The notes: generated from the letters alone by a model not told the origin. 64,000 bases of DNA from Callorhinchus milii (GCF_018977255.1 NW_024704743.1:91700001-91764000), one strand, 5' to 3'; shown: positions 39,331 through 54,110, counted from the first letter of the stretch. Numbers and translations: made by a program.

Positions 39331-40849
39331 ATACAATGGTTATTTTCATATGTAGAACCTGTGTTATTATTTCGGAACTTTTTAATATAAAATACTTAAT
39401 ATTTTCTTAAATATCCTCAAACAAAAATAAGCCACAGTTGCTTTAAAAGACTGATTATTATAAAATCTAAATGATATCTAAAGAATATTATAGCAGTTTG
39501 ATACAGTCTGATAATTAAATACTCGCACAGACAGGTTTTACTTCTGTATTTGACAATGAATACTTTGTATTTGACAGCGCAATATGTGAAATGGCTTTGT
39601 TAGTAGTGAGGTACCCTGAAACTGTATGTACCAACTCAGAACTAGTCATGATATCCTCTGTACCAGTTCAATTTGTTTTTACCAAAACCATTTTTTCAGC
39701 TACATACCATTATTCCACAAGAGATTGACAGAGTCCAATTCTTGTAGATACTATAGGTAAAAAGACACCTTATTTGATTGATCGAAGGTAAAAGTGAAAC
39801 ATTTAAAGCTGCCAATCACGCTCAGATAAATACTCTGACTGATTTGCAGACTTCTATTTTCAGTGGACAGTTATTGCCACATGAAACTCCAACGTTTGAT
39901 ATTACAGAACATGAAATGATGAACATGAAAACAAGCATTTCCCTTTCTCCAGAGGTAACTGCAAAACATAAATTGTTTCACAACTTCTTTCTCAATACAA
40001 ATGTTTCAGAGGTCAATGAAGTGTTGTGTGATGGAATCGAGTAACTTCTGGCACTGTTCACCTGCTGTAAAAGGAACCACTATGTTGCAATAATCTGCAC
40101 ATTGATTGAGCTAATAATAGAGAATTGCATTGGCTTTCTTCAATATTTCACAAATGCACTTTCTTATGTATCACAATGTCTAATCGAATAGATTTTGCTA
40201 TGGTTACTTCCTCCTATCAGAAAACCCTGAAAGCTAATGCCACAACATGTAGGGTGATCCTTGCTGGACAAGCAACAGGAAAGCTTGCCAGACAGTACTT
40301 TCAGTTGCAAGCTATGCTGTTTTAGCTGGTGAAACTCCAGCAGTACCCCAAAGAACACTCTAGCATCCCTTAGTCTTGAGTCTTGACAGTCTGCGCCTAA
40401 AATTCTCCGGGATTAGGTAAACAGGATGCGTTTGTCTGGTGAGAGAATGCACATTCTATTGCAAAAATGGAAATTTCCATGTGTAAGTGGCATACATCTG
40501 TGGAATTTTCTGTCTGGTTTGAATTCTCCTAAGCATGGTGATGGTTTTCCACATGTGCTTGGCTGACCAAAACATTTTATATTATAATGTGTCTTTTGCA
40601 ATAATAAGTTTTAAATTAGATCCCAGACACAGTGTTATGCAGCCTGTACTTTATTTAGCTACCAATATAATGTTGAAGCTAAATAAATTGACTGTATATA
40701 GTTTACACTCAAACTATAAAAAATTGTTCTGTTCCCAGCATTGAATGAACTTGCTTTATTTACTAAAAATTACAGCATAATTCCAGCTGGATTAAATTAT
40801 CTTTTATTAGCATTTCTTTTTAATCAATACCAGTGAAGGTGAAGCAAAG

Positions 40850-42220
40850 CCCAACTACACAAAACATACTGATTTGTAAACTCCTAGAAAAAATAATACA
40901 AAATGGAATTTGTGATCACTTAGAAAAGCAGGGATTGATCGGGGATAGTGAGCATGGATTTGCAAAGGCCAAGTCATGCTTGATTAATTTAATTGAATTT
41001 TCCGAGACAATCACAGAGTGTATAGATAAAGGGAATGTGCTTAATGTTGTATGTATGGATTTTCAGAAGGCATTTAATAGGGCTGCCTGAAGCGGCGGTT
41101 GAATCCGATAGTGTAGAATCATTCAAGAGGAAGCTAGACCTTCACATGACAGATAGGGGAATAGAAGGGTATGAGAGGGAGTAAGGAATGGCTGCAGAAA
41201 GGTGAAGTATAAACACTGGCACAGATTGGTTGGGCAGAGAGGACTGTTTCCATGTTGTACAGCCTTTGCAGATGTTTCTTTATAAATAGTGTGCCATATA
41301 GGAGACTGGATGAAAAAAAATTCCGCACATACTCGTATTAAAGTGAATTGGAGACACAGTTAAAGGGTGGCCAAAAGATAAATGACAGAGAATAGGAGTA
41401 AATAGATACCTTTCATTGGTGCATGTGCATGTGATTTTTTTGATCAGTCGACTGGGACCTCTATTTTTTTCCATCCATATTAATGATTTGGAGGACACTG
41501 CAGAAAGCTGCAGCTCTTAGAAGATTGGGCAGATAGGTGGCAGAAGAATGTTTTACATAGGTTTACATAGAATCTACAGCCCTGAAACAAGCCATTCAGC
41601 CCAACACATGCTGGTGTTTATACTCCACATAAGACTCCATCCACTCCTTACTCCTTCTATACCCTTCTATTTCCTGTTAATTTCTCCTTATGTTGACAGA
41701 TATGAAGAAGGACTTGTAAAGATATTGCAAAACAGCAAGCTAAACCTTTAAAGGTCATGGTTTAGGTAGAAAGGACAGGGTTCAGAGACAAAGATTATTC
41801 CCGCTGGTTGCTAAATTGATAACATGGGAATATAAACTCAGAATTGTCAATCCAAATGTTAAGGGGGAATTTAGAAAACACTTTTTCATTCAGATGTTTA
41901 TCAGAACATGAATATCTTGCTACACAAGGAGACTGAGGCTGAAATCATATCAATATTTAAAAGGGATTTGAATACAAATATTTACATTTGATGTAGCACC
42001 TTGTATGTTGGGAGGATGTCTCAAATCACAGGATTTATAGTAAAGTAATGAGTTTTTTTTGTGGGTACATATTTACTTCCTATAAACCTGAATTGAAATA
42101 ATGTAAAGTGTATGGGAAAGAGCAGGAATTTGAGATTAGAGCGGTGAGATCTTGTACATGAGCTAACACCATTTTGAATGGACTCCTCCTATGCTGTAAC
42201 TTGTACCACTCCATGAATTA
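40850..42220. mobile_element. Cluster of old CR1 fragments (mostly +; one - strand 3' end at ~41550-41690)
   Basis: EHGFAKAKSCLINLIEF and VCMDFQKAFN (ORF 40833..41090), plus CR1 3'-UTR-like segments. Confidence 0.8.
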
Positions 42221-43877
42221 TGTAAAGTTATCACAACACAGGCAATCAATTGATAAATTGTGCAGAATCGTTTTTTGTAAAATTGTTCAACATTTCTATT
42301 GCAAAGAATCACAGCAGTTACTACTGACTCTGTTGAATATCATCATATCAATATGATACCAATATTTGAGTTGGATGATGTCTGACGATTGACTACCTGA
42401 CCTAACTATTTTGTCCATATTGGATATTCATTCTCACTTTGTGGTTATTCTGCTCCATGTAACAAATTGTCGATTTTTACCAATTGCTATTCTGTGCCAT
42501 CCAGCAAACTTATATAATTTCTCTCTTATAAATAATACGCCATTCCAGCTGAAAAACGATATGGTTGTAATATTAATTTTATATGCTAAAACTGTTATAT
42601 TTATCTTTGACCACAAAGGAACAAAGTTGTAGCAATATCAACTGATTCACTATGTGGAGAGCCCAGACAGAATAACCATTAAAGATTTCAAGTGATGGTA
42701 ATCATATATTAAAAATGTGAAGCCCAGTGACCATCATAAGTAGGTAATGCACTTGGATCTGGTGAATACTCTATTCATAAAATTCAACAAGTGCCTTTTC
42801 TTAGACATGACTTCCAGTCAACTCTTTTCATTCAATAGAAAGTCTACAGCACAGAATAAGGCTATTCTGTCGGTCATATCTATAATGGTGTTAGCTCCTC
42901 CACTGGAGTTATCTACTCACCCATACCCTTTATTACTGCTTTTCCTCAAGGTTTTAGCTATTTGTTTAAGGCTCAGCTTCTACAGCATTGAAGCACTCCA
43001 CCTTCAAAAAAGCCTTTGTGGGTGAAACATGTTCTTCTAACCTCTTGGTTTCGGTGATTATTGTCAATTTATGCCCTCTTGTTGGCTACCCGATCAATGG
43101 AAATAATCTCTCTTTACTTGTCTTATCAAAAACATTCCTAATTATTATAAATCTCCTTTAATCTTATTAGCTGCAGCAATAAAGCCCCAACTTTCAGCTC
43201 CTCCACATTTTTCTAGTAGTGTACATATTTTATGCAGTGTAGCGTTAATACACACACAAGAGCTTTCGATTTTGTATCTATATATTTGCATAAAACACAC
43301 TATTGATTTTGCTCATAGCCAATGACTATGATGCAGGACTCCCCCCCCCCCCCCCCCCACCCTTTTAAATCCCAGGAAGCCCAAACATCTGAGACAGTAT
43401 TCCTGAAGAACGCCAAGCCAAGCAAGGTCATGATTCCCATCTTACAACCACAAATGAACAAAGCTTGTTTATTCCATTTCCACAGGTTTCCTGCTCTGCT
43501 CCACTTCACTAGTACTGTAATAATATGCCAGCACACAAGAATGATCTCTTGTGGGAACTTGACAAAATAAAATTTGATTCCTAAAGTAAACGAGAAAGGA
43601 GAAGAGAGTTTCTCGAAAGGTGTTAATTGAAAAGAGAAGCAAATTTCTTCTGATATCCTGGCTGACAATTCCCCAAATAAAAGTAGTCTGTAACATCACA
43701 GCTGCTTGTGGGACACTGCTTAGTGGAACTGGCTGCCATGTTTCCCTAAAAAATTAGACACTATACTTTACAATTAATCCAATAAAGCACTTGGAGACAT
43801 CCTCCAACATGAATGGAACTGTATCAATTGCAAGGAAGATTATTTATTATTACTAAACAATTTAAATATTTTAAAAG

Positions 43878-44090
43878 CAGATCGCTTTTCTGGGGGTAAT
43901 AATCCTTTCAAAAAAAAAAAATTTGGTCACTCAATCCACGACTGATCGTGGAACACTACTGTGCACGATTGGCTACCGTGTTTCGCCCACAAAATATACA
44001 GTCAATTCACTTTACAGTATATCCTGTGAAGCGCTTTGAGATGTCTCGAAGACATGATAAGGCCTATATCAAATGCAAGGATTATTATTT
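43878..44090 (+). mobile_element. Same SINE, 3' part of the long variant
   Basis: AGATCGCTTT…AATAATCC…CACTCAATCCACGAC…, then tail. Confidence 0.87.
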
Positions 44091-44849
44091 ATCTCCAATA
44101 TTATTGTATTTTTATTTTTCTGCAATAGTTTTTTCTAAAGGAAGGTGAAGAACGTTTTTATCAGCTCCAGTAAGTACGTGGTGTTTTTTCTAGTGATGAA
44201 TCATTAGATACACAAACCCATAGAAATATTCTTTGGTGTCTATTGTACGTAATAATTTATTCAAAATTGGAACAAATCTGCCTCATTTGCAGCAGTTAAG
44301 CAAACCAAATTTGAGTAAATGAAATATTATTGTTGTAATAAATTGTATTACTAGATCAAATGGCCTCCATCTGTGCTAAAAAATTCCATCTTTCTGTGTA
44401 AAATTAGAAAACAAAATAGCTAACATTTTCTATTCAAATGTAATTTAAGTGGCATCCTTAAATTACTTTCCATCCTGCATAAACAATGATACAATTAAAT
44501 CATTCTAAAATACCTGCGACTTTTCATTTAAACTAACAAGAAGTTTTTAAAAAGAGCAGTTTTAAACTTTTTTTTAGTTTAAATGTATTTGTGAATTATA
44601 TGAAATGGAATGAATAGACTACAAACAGTAATGGCATTTCCCCAACCAAAACAGTCTATGCCCTGTACTTTGGCCTGAAACTTAAATCTTTTTAGTTTTA
44701 ACCCAAAGATTGTTCTGCTGGTGAAGAGTAAGTCATTTCATTTTGATGTTGTTTTTCATGAACCAGGACTATGCCTTGCATGCATTTATCCACATCATTA
44801 ACTTTGTATCAAATGTAAAGTATATTTTATCAAACCAGTTTTAGTCCTT

Positions 44850-45320
44850 TGGACTGATGTATACAGGTGAGGTCTCACCGAAACATTAAAGGGCTTCCCA
44901 AACCTTAGAAGGAAGTGCAGAGAGCAGCATCAAGGCTGATTCTCACGGTTAGAGAGATAACCCATGAGGGATTACTGGATGAGCAAGGACTGTTGGAATA
45001 GAACTCTTTGAAAGTATATAAGTTGCAAAATGGGATAGATAAAGTAAATCCAGAACAATGCTTTCAGAAATATCAAGGCAGGGCATGAGGACACACAATC
45101 TGAGTGAATTTAAGATACCAGAGAGTAATTTTAAACAAATAATAAACAACTGGCACTGTTCACTAGGAAGGTTGGTTGATGCCAGGATATTCGAGTAATT
45201 TAAAAAGCAGCTTGATGGCGTAACAGGAGGAGAGAGGGCAAGAATGATATTCTGGAAAGCTGAGATCAAATGGGTCAAAAGGCCTTCCTCATCTGTGTCA
45301 TCACTATTATTTTGCAATGT
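44850..45320 (+). mobile_element. Highly decayed CR1-like 3' end
   Basis: Degenerate similarity to CR1 C-terminus and 3' UTR (…TTTAAAAAGCAGCTTGATG…, …AAATGGGTCAAAAGGCCTTCCTCATC). Confidence 0.55.
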
Positions 45321-48300
45321 GAAATGGTGTGGTGTTTTTTATACTTTATGTAATAAGAATTAGTCTGTTAGCTCACCCATCCAATTCTCTAGTCTCCCTT
45401 CCAATGGAGGTTGTGAAGTGTTGGATTGCTAATGATCATTACTAAGCAGTTTGATCAATCTTTGGAGGCCTGAAACCTGATATTCCACCTGCTCTTAGCC
45501 CGTAAGACCATTTTGTCTTTAAATTTAAGATGATGCACAACTGTAGAAAATTCTTTAAACTCATTTCTTAATTTGAAAGCTATTTTTATTGAAATCAGTT
45601 TTCAGTAGCTTTTAAAAAGAAATGGTTTCAAAATTGAGACTGAATTTAAGAATATTCACCAGTACTGTGTAATTTTAAAATTTAAGACAAATAGTTTTGC
45701 AGATTAAGACTAGGTGGAATTTCAAGCCAAAAAGTGTGGAAAAATGTGGATGGGTCTGGGAAATTTGAGGACAATAAAAACGAAAACAGAACTTCAGAAA
45801 TACAGATCGTAATGTCTTCTTTATATTCATTACGCTTCACAAATTCAATTTCCAAATGAATATGGCACATTTCATTGAGGCTGACCTCATCTTAAATTAT
45901 TCATGTATGATCCACAATTTGGTAACACATAATGAAAATATTGAACACGTATCAGTTTTCACAGAAGACTGAATGAAATAATTTGTCTACACTCAGCTCC
46001 CTCAAAGCCTTAGTCAACAACAACAGCAACATAATTGTTGTATTCAGTGTGCAAGAGAACAATACAGACACAAGGCTCAATGTCAGGGTAGTGCTGAGAT
46101 AGCTGATCTCAGTCAGAATGCTATAATTAGCCTCAATAGTCTAGGCTAGGAAGTAAAAATTATTCTCTGTGCATGTATGTGACGTCAGGTGAGGAAGGAC
46201 GAGCTTGGCTGTGATGCACCACTATCTGCACTCACTAAGGAGATTTTTACTTAAAATAATAATAATCCTTTTATTTGACATAACGCCTTATCACATCATT
46301 AAAACATCTCACAGCACTTCACAGAATTTACTAGTGGCTGTGTATTTGCAGGTGAACACGGCAACCAATTTGCACACCACAAATGCCACAAAAATTCATC
46401 AAGTGATGACCAATTTTACTTGGGGAATTATTGGTCAGGACATCTGGAGATAGATTACAATTTTAAGGTTCCCATAAGGTCTCTTCTTTCTCTTTCAGAT
46501 GCTGATATCCGCTGTATATTTACAGTATTTTCTTATTTTATTTCACTATTCACTTCTTTATATCTTATATAACTTCCTAGATTTTGCAATGCGCCTGCCA
46601 TCTTAAGGCTTAGATGCAGATCCCTGGGTTACAGTTCAAATATGCGATGAGCACTTCTATAAAATATCATTTTGAAATGTGTGTATCAAATACTGTGTGT
46701 TCTGTGGCAAAGTGGCTCTATCACCGCCCATCAAGCAATCAAATAATTAGGTGTAGCCTATAAATCAATTATGCTGAAATGCTTAAAACTGAAAAGAGCA
46801 ACAATTAAAGCTTCAAACAGTGTAGATTTGCTACAGTTTCTGTTCCCAGATTACTAATCATGACTCAGTACCTCTACTCCTCCAGTTGGGAAGGAAAGAG
46901 ATACAGGGTATCTCCAAAATCCACATTAGCATTGCATTTGGAATATGTACAGAGGCACAGTATGCACATTGGTTCTCCTCTTTTACCCAATAAAACAATT
47001 TGGTTCTGTATAATGCTGTGTTTCCAGGTAGGTGAGGGCAGACAAACATATCCATGAAGTAACTAAGAGCGACAGCAACTATGAAACTCAAACACATTCC
47101 TTTGTTTGAAGCCGCAGTCATATTCCACTCCACTTTCTATTTACTGAGTTAGAGAAAACAGTTTCCTTCACATACAGGTATATTAAAATGCTATAAATAC
47201 CAAGACTAGTTAAAGGGTACAATTACTCTGGTGTTACGTTCTGGGTCTTATTCATATGATTGCCTCCATGGTCAGCAAAGTGTATCTTATTTTAATCCTC
47301 CCACACCTTAACTCTGCTTAAAATTAACTGCATTTGTTTCACTAATTCTTAAAGGGTAAATGTAACGGTAAGCAGGAATATTGATGGGCATTTCCCCAGA
47401 TCTCCCTTGTTCCTTTATCATTTTTTGTTTGCAAACTTCCCTTGAAACCAGCATCATGTGGAACAGATACGCTGTCTCTGGAGAGACAGTAGGATTCTCT
47501 CTGCAATATGGGGATTGATATTGATAGTTTTGCTTAAGTCTGATCCCAGCCATTTCTCTCCTCTTCCCCATGGCTTGGCTGACTTTGCTCCAGAAGGTCC
47601 ACTCCAGATGTTGCTACAATGGCCACTATGGACATTAGAGTATCCGTCTTTCAGATGTCATCCCAATAGAGCATCAAACATTTTTCTTTAATAAACCAAG
47701 TATGTTGATTTCTACCATCGTTGCTGATAACCTGGAGTCTGACATAAAATTGCCCTGAACCATCTAAAATGATCTTCTGATCTTTGTATCTTCAGTCTTT
47801 ACCCTCTTGTTCTGCTGCCTTGACATGTCTGAAAGTATTGGTCTGAGTTTATTTTTTTCTATACTAATTAGCATTCCATGTAGGTATAATACACATATAT
47901 TATACATATATATATATATTAATTCCTGTGTGATATAAAGACCTGATTTCTTTGTTCCTTTGCACTGTCTGCAGGTGCTCTCTATTTATATTTACCAGCT
48001 CCAATCTTATATATAGTGCTGTATTTCCTATGCAATCTGTTCTATATGGATAAGACCAAATGGAGATTGATTTGTCAAACATCTAGCTTCAGTCTATAAA
48101 TATGCTCATGTCCTGCCTGTGATTTACCACTTGTCTTTGACTCTGACCTTTCTATCCCTGGGCTCTCACACTGCTCCAGCAAAGCTCATCACAAAACTTA
48201 GGAGCAGCGTCCCATTTTCTTCTTGGCCACTTCAGTCTGCAAGCCTGAACATGGACTTTAATATCTTGAAACCTCAGCTGTTTCCTCTATTTTCTCACCC

Positions 48301-50369
48301 CATCCCTCAAGTATATACAATTTTTCACGGTTGGATTGAAATTAACACCTTTTCTTTCTGCTGTCTCACTCATATCTGTGTACTGCTTATGCTTTTGTCC
48401 AACTAATACCTGCATTTCTGAACCATCTAGAAATTATCTTGTGATCTTTGTATCTTGTACTCCTGTCAGTGGTTCATTAGGCGCCTTACTATGTATGCAG
48501 TTAGTGCTTTACATTTTAGCTACTGTCTCATCTGTTCTATTTCCCTGCTTGATCTTACCTGTCCTTTTATACTGCCCTGTAAAGAGGCTTTCCCAGACCA
48601 ACTGTCCGTATTCTGATAAAGAGTTTGTGTGAAAGAATCATAAAATATGATCATATTAGGCTCTTTGGATCTTGATTGACCCCCTCTGCATACCCAGCAC
48701 TTTTTGTGATCATTTCTAAAGTCTGCTGATGTTCTATTTATCTGTAAAATCCACTTTTAAATAAAAATTAGGATGGGGTGTGTTAAAATAATTGATTCAT
48801 TACAAAGTAACCTTTGTCTGTATAATGTTAACTGGCCACTGCATTTACAGTTGTGTAGTGTGCAAATATTGTCATGTTAAAACAGACACAGTGTAACTGC
48901 TGTGTGCCTAACACAAAATGTACTCACTGTTCTATTGGATCTGTTGCTTCCTAATCCCTGGTCTTCGCTTGATCCTGAAGACGTTTAGGAAGTGAACATG
49001 AACATCAGGAGCAATTCTTCACAGGCCAGCATACATATTTTTCAAACTTGGCATGCCTCACTTGAGAAGCAAGAGAGATCCTTTCCAAATTGGCAATAAC
49101 CCAGAAAATTTGCAATAACCCAGAGAATTTGCCTGTAGCTATTAAGGCTAGGAGAATTCTTCATCTGTGCATTGAAGGGCTTCTCATCTTCTTGCTTTGT
49201 GTAATAGCCATTGGGTGAGTTTAATTAACTTTTGGTCCCTTAGGAAATCACATGGAAGTCCAAGAAAGAAATATATTACTCGACGGTTATCTCTTGCTAA
49301 GTGACATCATGAATTACTCACTCCGAAAACTACATTTTAGGCTTTCCTGTCATATACAAGGGGATACCATAGCACATCTCCAATTTAAACACTTGTGTTG
49401 CATCATTTAACACCTTCTGAAGGAGACAAGCAATACCCTTGGTCCATTTTGCTTTGATCTCTTATAGATTTATGAAGTCTATGTGAGCACTTCTTAACAG
49501 TTCCAGGCCATTCCTTCCTCGTTTAGTTGTAATATTTATACATTGATGTCAGTAGACTATAAAAATAGGATTTTTAAAAAGAACATTAGTTCAGCACAAG
49601 CTTAATTATTTTAATGAAAATAACTTCTGTAAGTATTGTCTTAGATTTGGTTAATTGGCTCCAAAAGTTGATAGTCCATTGGGTTAAATATTCTCTTGTC
49701 ATCATCCTGAATTTTACTGATATGCAATAATATTCTACTTTACGCAATTGGAGAAACACCTTTGTTTGCCCATGGTGCTTTCATAATCTTAAGGTTTCTC
49801 AGAAATTCTATGTAGCTTGGGCCACTCAATGGACTAGCACTAAGAATACCTTGATGAGATGTCCTGTTAAATTTTTGTCCAGATAGTGCTTTTAAAAGGT
49901 AGAAAACAGAGAGGGAAAAGGAGGATCTGCACTGACAAAAAGGCAACTATTTAGAAGAACAGGACTGGAAAACAATTACATTGATGTATCAGTTATTCAA
50001 ACAGTTTGATCATCTCTTCTTGCAACAAGTCTGCAAAGCATCATGTTTCAACTGAAGCATTTCTTACTGTGTGGAGTAACCACTGAGGAAGTTATTAACC
50101 TTCGTCCCTTAGGAAATTACTTGGCAAACCACAACAGAAATATACGATTCTGCAGGTATCTCTTGCCCAGTAACACAATGAATTATTGCTCATACTTAAA
50201 TCCAACAAATACTGTAGAATCTGGGGCTTGTCCATCAGGTACATGACATATTACAAGCTTTGAAATCACTCTGCTGCCTCTTAGAGTGATGTCTAGTTCA
50301 TGCCAAAAATGCTAGTCAAAATTCTTTAAATATTTCTTCCTTTTTTTGCTAATTTTTCTACCTTGTTCT

Positions 50370-50690
50370 CACCTCCTCTTCTCCTCAGCTCCTGATGGCA
50401 TCGATTCTTGCTGGAGGATCATTGCACAGATAGCGGCAACACTCTGGTAACGTGGACAAGTTTCTAGTCTTCATGCACGAGCCAAGATAGCAAACACTGA
50501 CAGCCTATTCAAACCATATTGTATGCATAGCTGTGGCCAGTCCTTTACTCACCAGACAGCGATCAGGAGTTGAAGCCTAGGCTGATTTTGCCAGGGCCAA
50601 CTGTAGCACTTCGATTGTTGCTTGATTGAAATTTACTAACTCGGGCAGATCAGGAATCAAACCTGCAAATGTCTGGATTGTAAGTGTTTG
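50370..50690 (-). mobile_element. Old unclassified SINE-like repeat family
   Basis: Shares degenerate motifs (GAGTTAG…, TCCTGATCGCT, GGCTTGGCTGTGATG-like) with + strand remnants at ~920-1110, 6960-7130, 25895-25985 and 46085-46220. Confidence 0.5.
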
Positions 50691-52920
50691 TAAGAAAGAA
50701 AATAAACTTGCATTTTTATGACATCAAAACATCTCAAAGCGCTTCACTGTCATTGTAAATACTGACATGTATAGTGACTGTTTTATGTAGGCAAGGGTGG
50801 ACATTTGGTTCATTGTTATCTAATAAACAGTCATGAGATGAATGATTAAAAATATCCCACTGGCTGATGACTTTTAACCAAAAGAACACCAGGGTTATTA
50901 GAAGAGAGAGATACTTATGAGAAATAATCCAAGTGTTCACAAAGCGCAATACCAGCAGATCTGTGTTAACTGCTGGAATTTTCTTCCCCCATCCCTCTGC
51001 CTAGTCCCCCACTGTCTTTAAATCCTATCTCTTTGACTGCACCTATGGTTACTTCCCACTTTGCTTGGCGTCCAATTCTGCCACTGCACAGTGCTCCGAG
51101 ACAGTATCCTGTGTGAGGGGCGCTAAATAAATTCAAGTTGTTCTTGTTGTTACTCTTGCCATTTTCCACTGACATGCTAGGAAGATTTGTCCCAGCTGCT
51201 TTGAAAAGTATACAACTAGATCACATGCAATGCTTGTTTTAACATGTCCTATAAAGGAGCCTAAAGAGGTATTTTATTGAGTCAAATTATCTTTAATCTG
51301 AACAGTTTAAGGCACGGTAATTGGACTTTACAGTTACTATTATATGACACTTGAACTGGATTGTAGCTGAGAAGCGTCTGATGAAACAAATAGTGCCTTT
51401 TGATGGTTCCTTGCGGTTGTAGATGTCCAGAATTTTTGACGCTGATGAATGGGACTTTTTCTTACAATACTATTTTGAGTTATTTTTNGTCAAACTAGCT
51501 CATCTCTCCACTAAAGTATCTCAATTTGGTGAAGTGCATCAGCATCACTCAATGCACTAATTTCCACTCACATTAAAGTCCAGTGAATGCATTATCTATT
51601 CCTGGCCTGTTATACACTAATTACAGGTTTCTTATCTGTTTCTAATGAGTCTCATCTTTTTCCCTCAGCTCCTTTCCTCTGAGCATTTACCAGTTCTTTT
51701 AATAGGCACTTTTTATAATATAAACATGTGAATTCAAAGGGATTGTTTACATTTGGCTCCCACAACAATACTGGTATGTGCATTAATAAGACTTGAAACA
51801 AATAGTCTTATTGTAGTCAACAAAACATTAAGTCTGATACGCTTTTTTTCAGAAACTTGTTGTTCAACTCAGTTGTTGAATAAGAGAAGGAAAAAAAGAG
51901 TACACTAAACAATGGAAACCTGCAAAAAGTGTTGCACATGACATCATGCAGAACCACTTGACAATAGCTCACAGTTAAGGACAGCGCATCTGCTTTAATT
52001 TGTTTCTTTGGGATGTCAAATGCTATTTAAATATTTTTTAAGTCTTCAAGCCATTTCATGTAATTGCTTAAATCACTGTATGTTTTGTTCACATTACTTG
52101 AGGAAATACACATTAGCCAGTGTGTAATTGTATCTTCTTGGTGGCAGATATTGAGGGCAAAGCGACAACTTGATACTCATACATCAAGATAGTTGACCAC
52201 AATAACACTATTCGTTTCAAGTTTTATTATAACACAGTTTCTAATCTTTTCGTGGGAGCCAAATGTAAACAATCCCTTTGAATTCACATGTTTGTATTAT
52301 GTAAAAAAGTGTCTACTAAAAGAACTGGTAAATGCTCATGTAATATATTTGGATTTCCAAAAGACGTTCGATAAGGTACCGCAGAATAGACTAGTGAATA
52401 AGGTCAGAGCATATGGAGTCAGGGGAAAAGTAGCAGAAAGGATAGCAAGCTGGCTACAAGACAGAAAACAGAGAGCAGAGGTAAAGGGTAGCTACTCAGA
52501 CTGGCAGAGGGTGGGAAGTGGTATTCCAAAAGGATCGGTATTGGGACCACTGTTGTTCACAATTTACATTAACAATTTGAACTCGGGGATCGAAAGTACG
52601 GTTTCAAAATTTGTGGATGACAGCAAATTGGGGGTTGTAGTTTATACTGAGGAGGACTGCAACAAATTACAAGGCATTGATAAACTTGCTGAATGGGCAT
52701 TTAATTGGCAAATTAATTTCAATATAGTTAAGTGTGGTGGTAGATTTTGGTAAGAAGAATAAGGAAGTCACATACTGCCCAGAAAATAAGAATCTAAATG
52801 GGGTAGAGGAGCATAGGGATCTAGGTGTACAGATACACAAATCGCTAAAAGTAGTGATGCAGGTTAATAGGGTCATAAAAAAAGCAAACCAAGCTTTTAT
52901 TTTATTTTATAACCAAGCTC

Positions 52921-53245
52921 GTGGAGTCCTGTAGCTCAGTTGTTAGACTACTCACTTGGCAAGTAAGAGACCTGAGTTCAATTCCAGGCAGGGCGAACCC
53001 TTGGGTAAGTTTCCTTACTTCACACGCCTAATAATAATAATCATCCCTCCAAAACCAAAAACAATAATAAATTGGTCATTTTCAATCTACGACTGTTTGT
53101 GGGACATTGCTGTGTGCAATTGGCTGCCGCATTCGCCCACAAATATACAGTCAATTCACTTTACAGTATATTCTGTGAAGCTCTTTGGGACGTCCTCCCG
53201 ATGTGAAAAGCGCTATATCAAATGCAAGGATTATTATTATTATTT
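52921..53245 (+). mobile_element. Same SINE, short variant, full length, inserted in a CR1
   Basis: GTGGAGTCCTGTAGCTCAG…, high similarity to 12166-12488. Confidence 0.94.
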
Positions 53246-53632
53246 TATTTATATAATAAAATCTAGAAATGTTATTTCTAGAGGGATAGAAACGTAAAAC
53301 AGGGAAGTTATGCTAAATTTATATCAAACCTTGGTTAAACTGCACTTGGAATACTGTGTACAGTTCTAGTCCCCATATTATAGAAAGGATATAAGAGGCT
53401 CTGGAAAAGGTGCAAAGGAGATTTACAAGGATGATACCGGAACTGCGAGGTTATACCTATCAGGAAAGGCTGAACATGCTTGAACACTTTTCTCTTGAAA
53501 CTTGAACTCTTTTCTCTTGAAAAGAGGATGAGGGTTGTCCTGATAGAGGTCTTTAAAATTATGAAAGGTTTTGATAGGGTGGACATAGAGATGTTTCCAC
53601 TTGTGGGGGAGACCAAAACCAGCAGCCATAAA

Positions 53633-54110
53633 GCTTCTATGTTCTATATATTAATAAAATGATGCTGTGTGTGCACTTCAAGAAGGATTGCAATAACTGA
53701 TTAATGTAGAGACATGTCTTATACCTCATCGAAAAGGTCTTGCACTTGGAAGTAACATGGGCATATTTGTTTTCGGATATCTCCTATCGTTCATGAGTTA
53801 TTTTCAGCTTTGCATTTTTTGCTGCAGTTACACCTGGTGGCTCCCAAGTCAAAGTGGCGCTGTGGCATCGTGCATCACAGAGCACGCATGCAACCAAGCT
53901 GCGGTAACAAAATAAAGTACACAGACAAAGCTAAGCTGTGGGCATCAACAGCAAAATTATATTTTTAAAGCGTCAAGTCCTCCCATTGAGTCCTCCCACA
54001 GGAGTCCTCCCAGATGAGTATAGATAAGGATGAAATGTCTGTCTGTGTGTCAATCTACATTCCATATTGGATCCTTTGGTTGCAAGCGAATCTGCAACGG
54101 GTAAAGGTAG
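53633..54110 (+). mobile_element. Putative non-autonomous Helitron-like element
   Basis: Splits the CR1 between A and T with no TSD. Near-5' TCTATATATTAATAAAATG; subterminal GTTGCA-N8-TGCAAC hairpin; ends GGGTAAAGGTAG followed by T. Confidence 0.55.

Noticed and set aside
51488..51488. Single ambiguous base (n)
   Set aside because: Assembly ambiguity, not biology.
53975..54012. Short spaced direct repeats (CRISPR-like)
   Set aside because: Ten-bp units with 3-4 bp spacers in eukaryotic DNA with no cas genes.
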